NCBI GenBank assembly: GCA_002391075.1
Contig: DGRN01000010.1
Location: forward strand, 20,738-84,737
Length of the DNA stretch: 64,000 bases
Direction: 5' to 3'
Source: Candidatus Saccharibacteria bacterium UBA4387
GTDB taxonomy: Bacteria; Patescibacteriota; Saccharimonadia; Saccharimonadales; Saccharimonadaceae
The notes under the pieces are model-generated. The model worked only from the letters and a program-made list of their open reading frames with translations. It was not told the DNA's origin and searched no databases. Of this stretch, positions 19,436-29,053 are shown piece by piece. Positions within the stretch are counted from its first letter, which is position 1, and the number at the start of each line of letters is the position of its first letter. The translations under genes and the position numbers were made by a program.

Positions 19436-19966
19436 TTATTTATGCGACCAGCGCTTGATCGAAGCTTCGATAACTTCCTTCGCTTCGTCAACGCCAAAGA
19501 AGCCCTTCACCTTGGTCGTGCCAGGCTTCTTCAAATCCTTGTAGTGATTGAAGTGGAATTCAATCTGCTCAAGCGTACGCTTTGGCAAATCTTCCAAAGT
19601 CTCAATCGCATCGCCATTATTGCGATCATCATCAACAACGCAAATAATCTTGTCATCAACTTCACCATCATCGACAAACTTCATCACGCCCAAAATGCGC
19701 GCAGTCAAATAAATACCAGTCGTCAATGGTTGCTCGGTAATAATCAAAGCGTCAAGCTCATCGCCATCTTCGTCCAAAGTCTGCGGAATAAAACCATAGT
19801 TGCAAGGCTTCGCAAATGCCATCGGCTCAATACGATCGAGCATAAAGCAAGCTTTCGTACGGTCCCACTCAATCTTATGATTGCTGCCGGTCGGAATTTC
19901 TACCACGACATTCAACTTGCCGTTTTTGTAGTCACCTGGATCCAAAATCATGTTAAAATCTGCCAT
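19436..19966 (-). CDS. ppa: Inorganic pyrophosphatase (family I)
   Basis: Start re-picked at MADFNMILDPG (AAGGAG 5 nt upstream). VVVEIPTGSNHKIEWD, YGFIPQTLDEDGDELDALI and FVDDGEVDDKI. Confidence 0.9.
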   Translation of the reverse strand: MADFNMILDPGDYKNGKLNVVVEIPTGSNHKIEWDRTKACFMLDRIEPMAFAKPCNYGFIPQTLDEDGDELDALIITEQPLTTGIYLTARILGVMKFVDDGEVDDKIICVVDDDRNNGDAIETLEDLPKRTLEQIEFHFNHYKDLKKPGTTKVKGFFGVDEAKEVIEASIKRWSHK

Positions 19967-20074
19967 TTTCACTCCTTTCTTCTCGCGATTAGCAGTTTTC
20001 ATATACTATACCACATTTTTGTGTTATAATAAGCACAAACAATATCTAACATAAACATAGGAGAAAACATAAAA

Positions 20075-21082
20075 ATGGTTAGAGTTGCAATCAATGGCTT
20101 CGGTCGCATCGGCCGCAACGCCTTCAAAATTGCATTCGATCGCAATGACGTCGAAATCGTCGCCATCAACGACCTTACCGACAACAAAACTCTCGCTCAC
20201 CTCTTGAAGTACGACTCCAGCTACGGTATCTACTCTCATGATGTTAGCTACGACGACGACGCAATCATTGTCGACGGCAAGGAAATTAAAGCTTTTGCTG
20301 AAAAAGAACCAGCCAACCTCCCATGGCGCGACCTCGGCGTTGATGTCGTCATCGAATCGACCGGCTTCTTCACCGACCCAGCCAAAGCCCGCGCTCACAT
20401 CGACGCCGGCGCTCGCAAGGTTGTCATTTCCGCCCCAGCCAAAGGCGAAGGCGCCAAAACCATCGTTCTAGGCGTCAACGAAGACCAAGTCACCGTCGAA
20501 GACGAAATCATTTCCAACGCATCTTGCACCACAAACTGCATCGCGCCAGTCATGAAAGTCCTCGAAGACAACATCGGCATCGACAAAGCCATGATGACTA
20601 CCGTCCATAGCTACACCGCTAGCCAAAAACTTCAGGATGCCCCAGCCAAAGACCTTCGCGAAGCTCGTGCTGCTGCCGAAAACATCGTCCCAACCACCAC
20701 CGGCGCCAGCAAAGCCGCCGCAAAAGCCATCCCAAGCCTCACCGGCAAGTTCAACGGCCTTTCGGTCCGCGTCCCATCCCCAGTCGTTTCCCTCTCGGAC
20801 ATCACCGCGGTCACCAAGCGCCCAACTAGCAAGGAAGAAATCAACGAACTCTTCAAGCGCGCCGCTGCCGACCCATATTACCAAGGCATCCTCGACGCCA
20901 CCGAAGAAGAATTGGTCTCCGTCGACTTCCGCGGCAACTCGCACTCTTCCATCGTTGATCTTAAACTCACTGACGTCATCGAAGGCACTCTTATCAAAGT
21001 TGTCGCTTGGTACGACAACGAATGGGGCTACAGCAATCGCCTCGTCGAACTAACCGCCGACTTCGGCAAATTAGGTAAGTAA
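20075..21082 (+). CDS. gap: Glyceraldehyde-3-phosphate dehydrogenase
   Basis: INGFGRIGRN, SNASCTTNC and WYDNEWGYS. TAGGAG SD. TGTTATAAT at 20022-20030. Confidence 0.95.
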   Translation: MVRVAINGFGRIGRNAFKIAFDRNDVEIVAINDLTDNKTLAHLLKYDSSYGIYSHDVSYDDDAIIVDGKEIKAFAEKEPANLPWRDLGVDVVIESTGFFTDPAKARAHIDAGARKVVISAPAKGEGAKTIVLGVNEDQVTVEDEIISNASCTTNCIAPVMKVLEDNIGIDKAMMTTVHSYTASQKLQDAPAKDLREARAAAENIVPTTTGASKAAAKAIPSLTGKFNGLSVRVPSPVVSLSDITAVTKRPTSKEEINELFKRAAADPYYQGILDATEEELVSVDFRGNSHSSIVDLKLTDVIEGTLIKVVAWYDNEWGYSNRLVELTADFGKLGK

Positions 21083-21085
21083 ACT

Positions 21086-21532
21086 ATGAAAATCATCCTC
21101 GGTGCCGACCATCGCGGCTACGAACTCAAAAACCAAATCATCGCCTGGCTCCAACAAGCCCGCATCGATTATTTTGACGCCGGCGCCACCAAATTCGATG
21201 CCGAGGATGACTATAACGATTACGCCAAAAACGTCGCCCTCAGCATCCAAAACACACCCGCCGACCTCACTCGCTACGGCATCTTGGTCTGCGGTTCTGC
21301 TCAGGGCGTCGCCATGCAGGCCAATCGCTATCGCGGCGTCCGCGCAGCAATTTGCGACGCGGCCGACCAGGCGGCAGAAACCCGCAGTCACAACGACGCC
21401 AACATTCTCTGCCTCCCTGCCGATCGCGTCGACATCGAACAAGCAATCCCAATCATCGAAACATTTCTCCAAACCGCGGCTCTCACGGGCGAAAAATACC
21501 AACGCCGCAACAAAAAACTAGACGAAGAATAA
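21086..21532 (+). CDS. rpiB: Ribose-5-phosphate isomerase B
   Basis: 148 aa. MKIILGADHRGYELK and ILVCGSAQGVAMQANR (RpiB/LacA/LacB family). Confidence 0.85.
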   Translation: MKIILGADHRGYELKNQIIAWLQQARIDYFDAGATKFDAEDDYNDYAKNVALSIQNTPADLTRYGILVCGSAQGVAMQANRYRGVRAAICDAADQAAETRSHNDANILCLPADRVDIEQAIPIIETFLQTAALTGEKYQRRNKKLDEE

Positions 21533-21536
21533 AACT

Positions 21537-22187
21537 ATGGCAATCACAACAATCGCTCCAACAATCCTCACCAACAATCCAACCGAGTACAAAACCTTGG
21601 TTCAAAGATATTATCCTTTTGCGCGCCGCGTCCACATCGACATCTCCGACGGCACTCTCGCGCAAAACGTCACCATCAACGAAACTGCCGTTTGGTGGCC
21701 AAAAGGCTGGCAAGTCGACATCCATATGATGACGCTCTCCCCCGCCCAACACATCGAAAACCTCATCAAACTTCACCCAAGTCTAGTTATTTTTCACGCC
21801 GAAGCCAACGACGATCTATTGCCAATCTTCGAACAGCTAAAGCAAAACAACATCAAATGCGGCGTCGCGATTGTTAAAAACGTCTACCCTGGCAACATCA
21901 AGCAGCTACTCAACGCCGCAGATTACGCCCTCATCTTCTCCGGCACGCTCGGCCAATACGGCGGCGAGGCCGACCTCTTATTACTCGAAAAAGTCGCCCT
22001 CATTCGCGACATCCATAAAACCATCGAAATCGGCTGGGACGGTGGCGCCAACCTAAACAACACACACATCATCACGCACGCTGGCGTCGACGTCATTAAC
22101 GTCGGCAGCGCCATTTCGCGCTCCGAAGACCCAACCGCCGCCTTCAACGCCCTCAACAGCGCAACCGAAAAGGAGTCTGTACTCTAA
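21537..22187 (+). CDS. rpe: Ribulose-phosphate 3-epimerase family protein (divergent)
   Basis: IAPTILT, HIDISDG, VDIHMM, IFHAEA, IEIGWDGGAN and NVGSAI align with the Rpe blocks IAPSIL, HVDVMDG, DVHLM, HAEA, VDGG and GSAIF. The metal-ligand positions appear retained. Confidence 0.6.
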   Translation: MAITTIAPTILTNNPTEYKTLVQRYYPFARRVHIDISDGTLAQNVTINETAVWWPKGWQVDIHMMTLSPAQHIENLIKLHPSLVIFHAEANDDLLPIFEQLKQNNIKCGVAIVKNVYPGNIKQLLNAADYALIFSGTLGQYGGEADLLLLEKVALIRDIHKTIEIGWDGGANLNNTHIITHAGVDVINVGSAISRSEDPTAAFNALNSATEKESVL

Positions 22188-23140
22188 TGGCTCGCATCGT
22201 TACCGCAGGCGCCGCCCTACAAGACGTTTTCCTCATCGACCACGACGATTTCGGCACCAACAAACGCGGCTACTTCAACCAAATCGAGCTCGGCTCAAAA
22301 ATCGACATCGACCGCGTACATTTCAGCACCGGCGGCGGCGCCACCAATGCGGCCACCACTTTCGCCCGCAGCGGACATGAAACCATCTTCATGGGCTGCA
22401 TCGCCAATGATCCCGCCGGTGAAGCCGTCATCGCCGCTCTTGATCGCGAAGGCATCGACAGTAGCTACGTCAGCTACGCTAAAAACATCCACACCGGCTA
22501 CTCCGTCATTCTTCTCACTCCGTCCGGCGAGCGCACTATCATGACCTGTCGCGGCGCCAGCGCCAAATTCGACCACCTCAACCCCGAAGACCTCGAAAGC
22601 ATCTATCCAGATTGGCTCTACGTCAGCACCATGCGCGGCAACATGAACATGCTCGATCAACTCTTCACCCGCGCCAAATCTCTCAACGCCAAAATCATGT
22701 TCAACCCAGGCAATCTCGAACTCGAACACCAAAAACAACTCCTCGGCCTTCTCCCCGACGTCGACGTCTTACTCGTCAACAAAAAAGAAGCCCAAAAAAT
22801 CGTCCAGGGTTCCTCCCTATCCGAACTCGCCCATCGCCTCCATAATTACTGCTCGCACGTCATCATCACCGACGGCAACCAAGGCGCCATCGCTATCTCG
22901 CCTGACCTAGTTTACCGCCTCGGCCTTTACGAAGACGTCCCCGTCAAAGACGCCACTGGCGCCGGCGACGCTTTCGGCTCTGGCTTCCTCGCCGCCTTCG
23001 CAGCTGGCAAATCTTTCAAGGATTCCCTCATTTTCGCATCTGCCAACTCGACTTCCGTCGTCCAATACATCGGCGGCAAGTCCGGCATCATCTCAAACAA
23101 AGTCAAATTACATAACATGCCCATACAGGAGGTACGCTAA
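22187..23140 (+). CDS. PfkB-family carbohydrate/nucleoside kinase
   Basis: 317 aa. The N-terminal GAALQDVF...GGGATN and C-terminal DATGAGDAFGSGFLAAF motifs are present. The start overlaps the rpe stop (TAATG). Confidence 0.8.
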   Translation: MARIVTAGAALQDVFLIDHDDFGTNKRGYFNQIELGSKIDIDRVHFSTGGGATNAATTFARSGHETIFMGCIANDPAGEAVIAALDREGIDSSYVSYAKNIHTGYSVILLTPSGERTIMTCRGASAKFDHLNPEDLESIYPDWLYVSTMRGNMNMLDQLFTRAKSLNAKIMFNPGNLELEHQKQLLGLLPDVDVLLVNKKEAQKIVQGSSLSELAHRLHNYCSHVIITDGNQGAIAISPDLVYRLGLYEDVPVKDATGAGDAFGSGFLAAFAAGKSFKDSLIFASANSTSVVQYIGGKSGIISNKVKLHNMPIQEVR

Positions 23141-23868
23141 TGGACGAAGCAGTCACAAAATGGCTCGAACAAATCGCCGACGAAAAACTTAACGCCGAAG
23201 ACGTCGAACGCTCTCTGCGCTATGCCAGAGATCTAGAAGAAGGTCTCGCCAAAATCCGCACTTACGCCCAAGGCGTCAGCATTTTCGGCTCCGCTCGCCT
23301 CAAGCAAAACAGCAAATACTGCAAACTCGCCACCAAACTCGGCTTCCTTCTCGCTCAAAACGGCCATCCAGTCATCACTGGTGGCGGCCCGGGCATCATG
23401 GAGGCCGCCAACAAAGGCTGCTACGAAGCCGGCGGCCGCAGCATCGGCCTCAACATTCAACTCGCCCACGAGCAGCACATCAACCCTTACGTCACCGACG
23501 AAATGGAATTCCACTACTTCTTCGCCCGCAAAGTCATGCTCACCATGTCCAGCAAAGTTTACGTCTTCTTCCCTGGCGGCTTTGGCACCTTGGACGAATT
23601 TTCCGAAATCCTCATCCTCATGCAAGAAGGCAAAATGCCAAAAATGCCTATGTTCCTCATCGGTAAATCCTTCTGGAAGCCGCTCGACAAGTATTTCTAT
23701 GAAAAAATGGAGCGCCAAATGCACACCATCGCCAAGGGCGACCGCAGCATTTACCGCATTACAGACAACGTCGAGGAAGTCGTCGACGCCGCCAACCGCA
23801 TCGGCCACCCGAGCATCTACGAAAACCTCTACGACTCCCACGCCAGCAAAAAATTCAAATCCATCTAA
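23140..23868 (+). CDS. LOG-family (TIGR00730) nucleotide phosphoribohydrolase
   Basis: ITGGGPGIMEAANKG and FPGGFGTLDEFSE. The start overlaps the kinase stop (TAATG). Confidence 0.85.
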   Translation: MDEAVTKWLEQIADEKLNAEDVERSLRYARDLEEGLAKIRTYAQGVSIFGSARLKQNSKYCKLATKLGFLLAQNGHPVITGGGPGIMEAANKGCYEAGGRSIGLNIQLAHEQHINPYVTDEMEFHYFFARKVMLTMSSKVYVFFPGGFGTLDEFSEILILMQEGKMPKMPMFLIGKSFWKPLDKYFYEKMERQMHTIAKGDRSIYRITDNVEEVVDAANRIGHPSIYENLYDSHASKKFKSI

Positions 23869-23880
23869 TCGCTCCCTCAA

Positions 23881-23910
23881 AAAACTTCCGCCCCAAAACG
23901 GAAGTTTTTT
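23881..23910 (+). terminator. Rho-independent terminator
   Basis: AAAACTTCCG-ccccaaaa-CGGAAGTTTT followed by TT. The same 10-nt arms recur at 29054. Confidence 0.8.
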
Positions 23911-24047
23911 GTTACTTTATCTAGTGCGGCACTTAGCGCAGGCTTCTTCGTAGCCTCCCGCCGCCGCTAATCTCCAGCAGTCCAAAATACCCCGCCACCC
24001 GGAGTATTTTTGTTCCATCCGCGTCTAAAATATCTTAAACTATTATT

Positions 24048-24743
24048 ATGAACAAGCCGCGCAACAACATCGATTTCCTCCTTCAAGTCCCCATCGCTCA
24101 TCGCGGCCTACATAATCTCGCCAAGAAAATCCCCGAAAATTCTTTCGCCGCTTTCAAATACGCCGCCATTAAAAAATACCCCATCGAGCTTGATATCCAT
24201 CTCCTCAGAGACGGCCAAATCGCCGTCTATCACAACGACACTCTACCAGACGGCCGCAAAATCATCGACTGCATTCGCGCCGACCTCCCAAAGCTCCCCG
24301 ACCACTCTCAAATCCCTCTCCTCCACGAAGTCCTCAAACGCATCGACGGCAAAGTTCCTCTCCTCATCGAGTTCAAAACCGACGCACCAAAATCCACTCT
24401 CGAGCAAGCCGCCCTCCCTCTCCTAACATCATATCGCGGCGCCCTCGCTATCCAGTCTTTTGATCCGCGCACGCTTCACTTTTTCAAGCAGCACGCGCCA
24501 CAAATCCCGCGCGGCCAACTCATTTCACCAAAACCGCTCCGCCAATCCGAAAATCTCCGCGAATATCTCGCCCACCATCATCCCGACAATTTCTACACTC
24601 GCCCAGATTTCATTTCGGCCGACCTCAACAAGCCACCAATCCACACGAATCTCCCAATTCTCGCCTGGACCATCCGCACCCATTCCGACGCCAACACCGC
24701 TAAACGTTTCGCCAGCAATATCATCTGCGAAAAAATTCTCTAA
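24048..24743 (+). CDS. Glycerophosphodiester phosphodiesterase family protein
   Basis: PIAHRGLH...PENSFAAF...IELDIHLLRDGQIAVYHND and PLLIEFK are GDPD motifs. Confidence 0.8.
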   Translation: MNKPRNNIDFLLQVPIAHRGLHNLAKKIPENSFAAFKYAAIKKYPIELDIHLLRDGQIAVYHNDTLPDGRKIIDCIRADLPKLPDHSQIPLLHEVLKRIDGKVPLLIEFKTDAPKSTLEQAALPLLTSYRGALAIQSFDPRTLHFFKQHAPQIPRGQLISPKPLRQSENLREYLAHHHPDNFYTRPDFISADLNKPPIHTNLPILAWTIRTHSDANTAKRFASNIICEKIL

Positions 24744-24827
24744 TTGTTGTAAATCTTACAACAAACACCGCCTTTATGTTGTTATTTTTACAACAAGCAC
24801 CACATAACTGTTGTATAATTTACAACA
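24744..24827. repeat. Three phased copies of the palindrome TGTTGTAA-N3-TTACAACA
   Basis: TTGTTGTAA-atc-TTACAACAA (24744-24764, perfect), TGTTGTTA-ttt-TTACAACA (24777-24795) and TGTTGTAT-aat-TTACAACA (24809-24827). Centres are at 24754, 24786 and 24818, i.e. 32-bp spacing. Confidence 0.85.
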
Positions 24828-24864
24828 TAAACCAATTGACAGCACATGACGCTACACGACGCGC

Positions 24865-27800
24865 CTACTTCGCAACCACGCCTTCTTCGCCAAAAATCTC
24901 TTTCAGCTCGCCCAACAAAGCATCGTCGCATTCGCACCTAAACGGCAAGCGCATCGCCTTTTTATCCGGCCCAATCACCAAAATCACTTCCGAAATCCCC
25001 GGATACCTGCCGCAACTCGTCTTCAAATCCACCAGCGCCTGCTTATCCGACGGATCCATCACACGAATATACAGCTTTTTCGGCTTCAACGGCACACCAT
25101 TCGCGCCACTGGCCGATGTCGAAAAATGCGTCGTCGTCGAACTGCCTCTACCTCCCCCACCAGAGCGCCTATGCCCACTCGCGCCACTCACATTTTGCGC
25201 CGCCGTCTTGTCGCCGCGCGGCTTCTGCGCCACACCTTTTGTCGGCACTTTCAGCTTCGCTCCAGTCGACTCGTAGTTCTCCAGCTCTTCATCCGTTACC
25301 ACGTCAACTTCTTCGACGTTAATCTTTGCCTCGTCCGTCATATTCCCGTCACGATCCGTCGCATTCACTTTCCCAGTCACCTTCACGACCGTATCGGCCA
25401 CCAGCTTAGCGCCCACCGTCTCGAAAGTTCGCGGAAACACCACAATCTCAATCTCGCGCGTCTTATCCTCGATCTTGACGAAAGCCATCTTCGAGCCACT
25501 CTTCGTAATCAAGGTCCGCACATCCGTAATAATGCCACCTACAATCACCGTCGCGCCATTAATCGCCGGCTTAATTTCCGCAATCGGCATCGTCTGCTCT
25601 TCAAAATACTTATCATATTTATCCAACGGATGCGACGAAATATAAAGCCCCATCAAATCACGCTCCCACAGCAGCTGCTCCTTGTCAGTATACTGCGCTG
25701 GCGCCGGTTTCATCTCTGGCTCCGGAATCTCAGCCACCTTTCCCATCATGCCAAACAAATCCGTCTGCCCGCTCGCCTGATCTTTCTGACATTTGTTCGC
25801 ATAGGCCTGAATCGACTCCAAGTTATACAGCAAATCCGACCGCGAAAAGCCAAAACTATCAAACACGCCGCACTTAATCGAAGATTCCCAACTCTTCTTG
25901 TTAAACTTCGTCGCCGGCACGCGTTTCGCAAAATCAAACAGCGACTTAAACTTACCGTTCTTATCGCGCTCGTCAATCACCTCTTCCGCCAGCGCCTTAC
26001 CCATACCCTTAATCGCCGCCAAACCAAAGCGAATCGTCTTCGTCTGTCCCACGATACCGAAGTCTGCGTAAGATTCATTAATATCCGGACCAAGCACCTT
26101 CATGCCCATGCGCTTACACTCGGTCATCTCAATCGTCAGACGCTCTGTCCAACGCATATCCGACGTCATCAACGCCGCCATATACGCATCTGGATAATGC
26201 ACTTTCAGCCACGCTGTCCAATACGCCACCAAGGCATAGCACGCCGCGTGCGACTTGTTAAAGCAGTAGTTCGCGAACTCCAACAGCTGATCCCAAAAAG
26301 TGTTCGCAATCTCTTCCGTCGCGCCGCCAATCTTCACCGCTCCCTCAATAAACTGCGGCTTCACCTTATTCATCAGGTCAATCTTCTTCTTACCAACCGC
26401 CTTGCGCAACGTATCTGCCTGACCGCCCGTAAATCCGCACCATTCCTTGGACGCCTGCATGAACTGCTCCTGATAAATCAAAATACCATAGGTACTCTTC
26501 AGCGAGTTTTCCAACCCAGGGTGCAAATAAGTCACCGGCTCCTCGCCATGCCGCCGCTTAATAAAGCTCGGAATAAACTGCATCGGCCCCGGACGATAAA
26601 GCGCGTTCATCGCAATCAAATCCGCGAACTCCGTCGGCTGCAGCTCGCGCAAATACTTCTTCATACCGCCAGATTCAAACTGGAACACGCCCGTCGTATC
26701 GCCCCGCTGGAACAGCTTGTAAACTTCCGCATCATCCGTCGGCAAATCATTCATCACAATCGTCTGCCCATACACCTTCTTGATAATGCGCAGCGCCTGC
26801 TGAATCACCGAAAGGTTCGACAAGCCCAAAAAGTCCATCTTCAACAAGCCCAGTTCCTCAACTGTCGGCCCAGGATACTGCGTCGTCAACGGCCCTTTCG
26901 CCGAAACTTCCATCGGCAAAAACTTCACCAAATCATCCGGCGCAATCACCACACCACAGGCATGCACACCATGCCCGCGAATCGTCCCCTCCAAGCGCAT
27001 CGCAAAATCAATCACCTCTTTCGAAGTCGGATTCGTCTCATATTCCTTCTTCAAATCCGGCTCATTCACGATCGCATCTTTCAGCTTCACATGATGTCCC
27101 ATCACCGGATCCGGCACCAGCTTCGCCAGCCTATCCGCCTCCGCATACGGCACCTCCAACACGCGCGCCACATCGCGCACCGCGTTCTTCGCCATCATCT
27201 TACCGAAAGTCACAATATTTCCCACGCGCGGCTTTCCGTATTTGCGCGTACAATATTCAATCACCTCATCGCGCCGGTTATCCTGAATATCCGTATCAAT
27301 ATCCGGCATCGAAATACGGTCCGGGTTCAAGAAACGCTCAAAGAGCAAATCATACTCCAGCGGATTCACATCTGTAATATGAATCGCATACGCCAGCAAA
27401 GCACCAGCCGCCGAACCACGCCCCGGCCCATAAATAATCCCCTGGCCTTTACCCCAGTTAATAAAGTCCTGCACAATCAAGAAGTAGCCATTATAGCCCA
27501 TCTTGTCCACCACCGAAAGCTCATAGTCAATTCGTTCAATCACCTCTGGCGGCAACTTCTCACGAATCTCCTCATTGCTCATTTTCTCGATTTCTTCATC
27601 CGACGCAATCTTATAGCGCCCCGCCAGACCATGAAAAACCATGTGATCCAGATATTCCTTCTCCGACTCCCCATTCGGCGTCGGAAACTTCGGAATCAAA
27701 ATCCGCCCCAACTGAATCGTCACATTGCAACGATCCGCAATCCTCTTCGTATTCAGCACCGCCTCCGGGCAAGTCTTCTGCCACCGCGGCAGCAACTCCT

Positions 27801-28587
27801 CCGGCGGAATCACATTCAACTGAAAATCACTCAGCGACATACGGTTCTGGTCCGAAATCTTACTACCAGTACCAATACACAGCAGCACCTCGTGCACCGG
27901 CTCATCTTCAACCTTCAAATAATGCGCATCGCAAGTTACCACACACGGCAAACCCGACTTTTTCGAATAGTTCATCAACCATTCGTTAATTTTCGTCTGC
28001 ACATCCCAATGCGTCGGCGAATCCGGGTGCCCATGATCCTGCAGCTCCAAATAGAACCTGTCGCCATACACGCTGTGATACCACTCAATCAGCTTCTCCG
28101 CGCGCTCATCATCGCCATTCCGAATCGCATTCGAAATCTCCGAACCTGCACAACCAGACAAGCAAATAACACCCTCGGAATATTCTTCCATAATGCGATG
28201 GTCGATGCGCGGCTTGTAATACTTACCGTTAATCTCCGCCTCAGTCTGCAAGCGACACAAGTTCTCAAAACCTTTATCATTCATCGCCAGCAAAGTAATG
28301 TGATAGCGCACCTTATCATAGGCCGGATCTCTATCTTCCATCCGTCGCGCCGCCACATAGGCCTCCAGGCCCAAAATCGGCTTTATTCCCGCCGCGTCAC
28401 AAGTTTTATACAACTCAATCAAACCAGACATCGTGCCATGGTCCGTCACAGCCACCGCTTCCATGCCTTTCTCTTTCACAAAATCCACCAGCTCATCGAT
28501 TTTCGTCAAACCGTCAAGCAACGAATAGTGTGTGTGATTATGCAAATGCACATAATCATTTGGTTTAAGTTGTACCTCCTCTGCCAT
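24865..28587 (-). CDS. dnaE: DNA polymerase III alpha subunit
   Basis: 1240 aa. PHP domain YVHLHNHTHYSLLDG, the polymerase core, an OB fold and a C-terminal domain after a Gly/Ser/Arg-rich linker. TAAAAT lies 6 nt upstream of the ATG. Confidence 0.95.
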   Translation of the reverse strand: MAEEVQLKPNDYVHLHNHTHYSLLDGLTKIDELVDFVKEKGMEAVAVTDHGTMSGLIELYKTCDAAGIKPILGLEAYVAARRMEDRDPAYDKVRYHITLLAMNDKGFENLCRLQTEAEINGKYYKPRIDHRIMEEYSEGVICLSGCAGSEISNAIRNGDDERAEKLIEWYHSVYGDRFYLELQDHGHPDSPTHWDVQTKINEWLMNYSKKSGLPCVVTCDAHYLKVEDEPVHEVLLCIGTGSKISDQNRMSLSDFQLNVIPPEELLPRWQKTCPEAVLNTKRIADRCNVTIQLGRILIPKFPTPNGESEKEYLDHMVFHGLAGRYKIASDEEIEKMSNEEIREKLPPEVIERIDYELSVVDKMGYNGYFLIVQDFINWGKGQGIIYGPGRGSAAGALLAYAIHITDVNPLEYDLLFERFLNPDRISMPDIDTDIQDNRRDEVIEYCTRKYGKPRVGNIVTFGKMMAKNAVRDVARVLEVPYAEADRLAKLVPDPVMGHHVKLKDAIVNEPDLKKEYETNPTSKEVIDFAMRLEGTIRGHGVHACGVVIAPDDLVKFLPMEVSAKGPLTTQYPGPTVEELGLLKMDFLGLSNLSVIQQALRIIKKVYGQTIVMNDLPTDDAEVYKLFQRGDTTGVFQFESGGMKKYLRELQPTEFADLIAMNALYRPGPMQFIPSFIKRRHGEEPVTYLHPGLENSLKSTYGILIYQEQFMQASKEWCGFTGGQADTLRKAVGKKKIDLMNKVKPQFIEGAVKIGGATEEIANTFWDQLLEFANYCFNKSHAACYALVAYWTAWLKVHYPDAYMAALMTSDMRWTERLTIEMTECKRMGMKVLGPDINESYADFGIVGQTKTIRFGLAAIKGMGKALAEEVIDERDKNGKFKSLFDFAKRVPATKFNKKSWESSIKCGVFDSFGFSRSDLLYNLESIQAYANKCQKDQASGQTDLFGMMGKVAEIPEPEMKPAPAQYTDKEQLLWERDLMGLYISSHPLDKYDKYFEEQTMPIAEIKPAINGATVIVGGIITDVRTLITKSGSKMAFVKIEDKTREIEIVVFPRTFETVGAKLVADTVVKVTGKVNATDRDGNMTDEAKINVEEVDVVTDEELENYESTGAKLKVPTKGVAQKPRGDKTAAQNVSGASGHRRSGGGGRGSSTTTHFSTSASGANGVPLKPKKLYIRVMDPSDKQALVDLKTSCGRYPGISEVILVIGPDKKAMRLPFRCECDDALLGELKEIFGEEGVVAK

Positions 28588-28747
28588 ATATCTATTTTAA
28601 CACTTTCGCCGCAATTCGCTCAACAGATTAAAAACCGAACAAAACCTTAAAAACCGAACACTTTCCACACTTTTCCATCAAAAACTTTTCCACAGGGGTG
28701 TAATAGTTATAACACATTTCCGCAAAAACAAAACAAGCATAAGCCTA

Positions 28748-28776
28748 TTGACAAAACGTCCAATCTTTGCTATAAT
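28748..28776 (+). promoter_or_regulatory. Consensus sigma70 promoter
   Basis: TTGACA (28748-28753), 17-nt spacer, TATAAT (28771-28776). Confidence 0.7.
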
Positions 28777-28813
28777 AGAAATATAATCATTAAAACAAAC
28801 AGGAAAACCAAAA

Positions 28814-29023
28814 ATGAAACAATTTGAACGCTCCAACTTTAACGACGAAACCGCCCGAGACATCGACAGCGAACTCTCGGACGAAAACGAATTCGACCCA
28901 ACCGCCGTCGACACTGAAACTTTCGACGACACCGAACCAAAAACCGAAGCACTCAAAAACTCCAAAACCGACATCCAAACCATCGGCCAAAAAGCCATCC
29001 AAATCTTCAACGCCAGCCACTAG
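28814..29023 (+). CDS. Small acidic hypothetical protein (69 aa)
   Basis: Sits between a consensus promoter and a terminator. Host-like C-ending codons. No family recognised. Confidence 0.5.
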   Translation: MKQFERSNFNDETARDIDSELSDENEFDPTAVDTETFDDTEPKTEALKNSKTDIQTIGQKAIQIFNASH

Positions 29024-29053
29024 GCTGCCAAACCCTACAAAAATTCCGCTCAA

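Noticed and set aside
24744-24827. A CRISPR array interpretation of the phased palindromic repeats (also applied to 11839-11888).
   Set aside because: The repeats are 19-21 bp with only 11-13 bp between them. There are 2-3 copies per locus. The inter-repeat segments are A/C-rich filler rather than spacer-sized, and no cas genes are present in the window.
24835-24864. A TTGACA at 24835 downstream of the third palindrome, considered as a + strand promoter.
   Set aside because: No + strand gene follows, and it would run antisense into the dnaE 3' end. No matching -10 element lies at the correct spacing.
25126-28650. A 1174-aa ORF on the + strand antisense to dnaE, plus similar long antisense ORFs at 3014..4069, 13839..14837 and 29872..30375.
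   Set aside because: It is in exact reverse-complement codon register with dnaE (25126-24865 = 261 = 3 x 87). Its product is Arg/Leu/His/Ile/Gln low-complexity sequence. It stays open only because the sense gene avoids TTA/CTA/TCA codons under the strand bias. There is no SD or promoter. It is a shadow ORF.
28600-28810. A replication origin at the dnaE upstream region, suggested by the DnaA-box-like 9-mers and the AT-rich stretch.
   Set aside because: The GC skew has the same sign on both sides. There is no dnaA or dnaN nearby. There are only three imperfect boxes.
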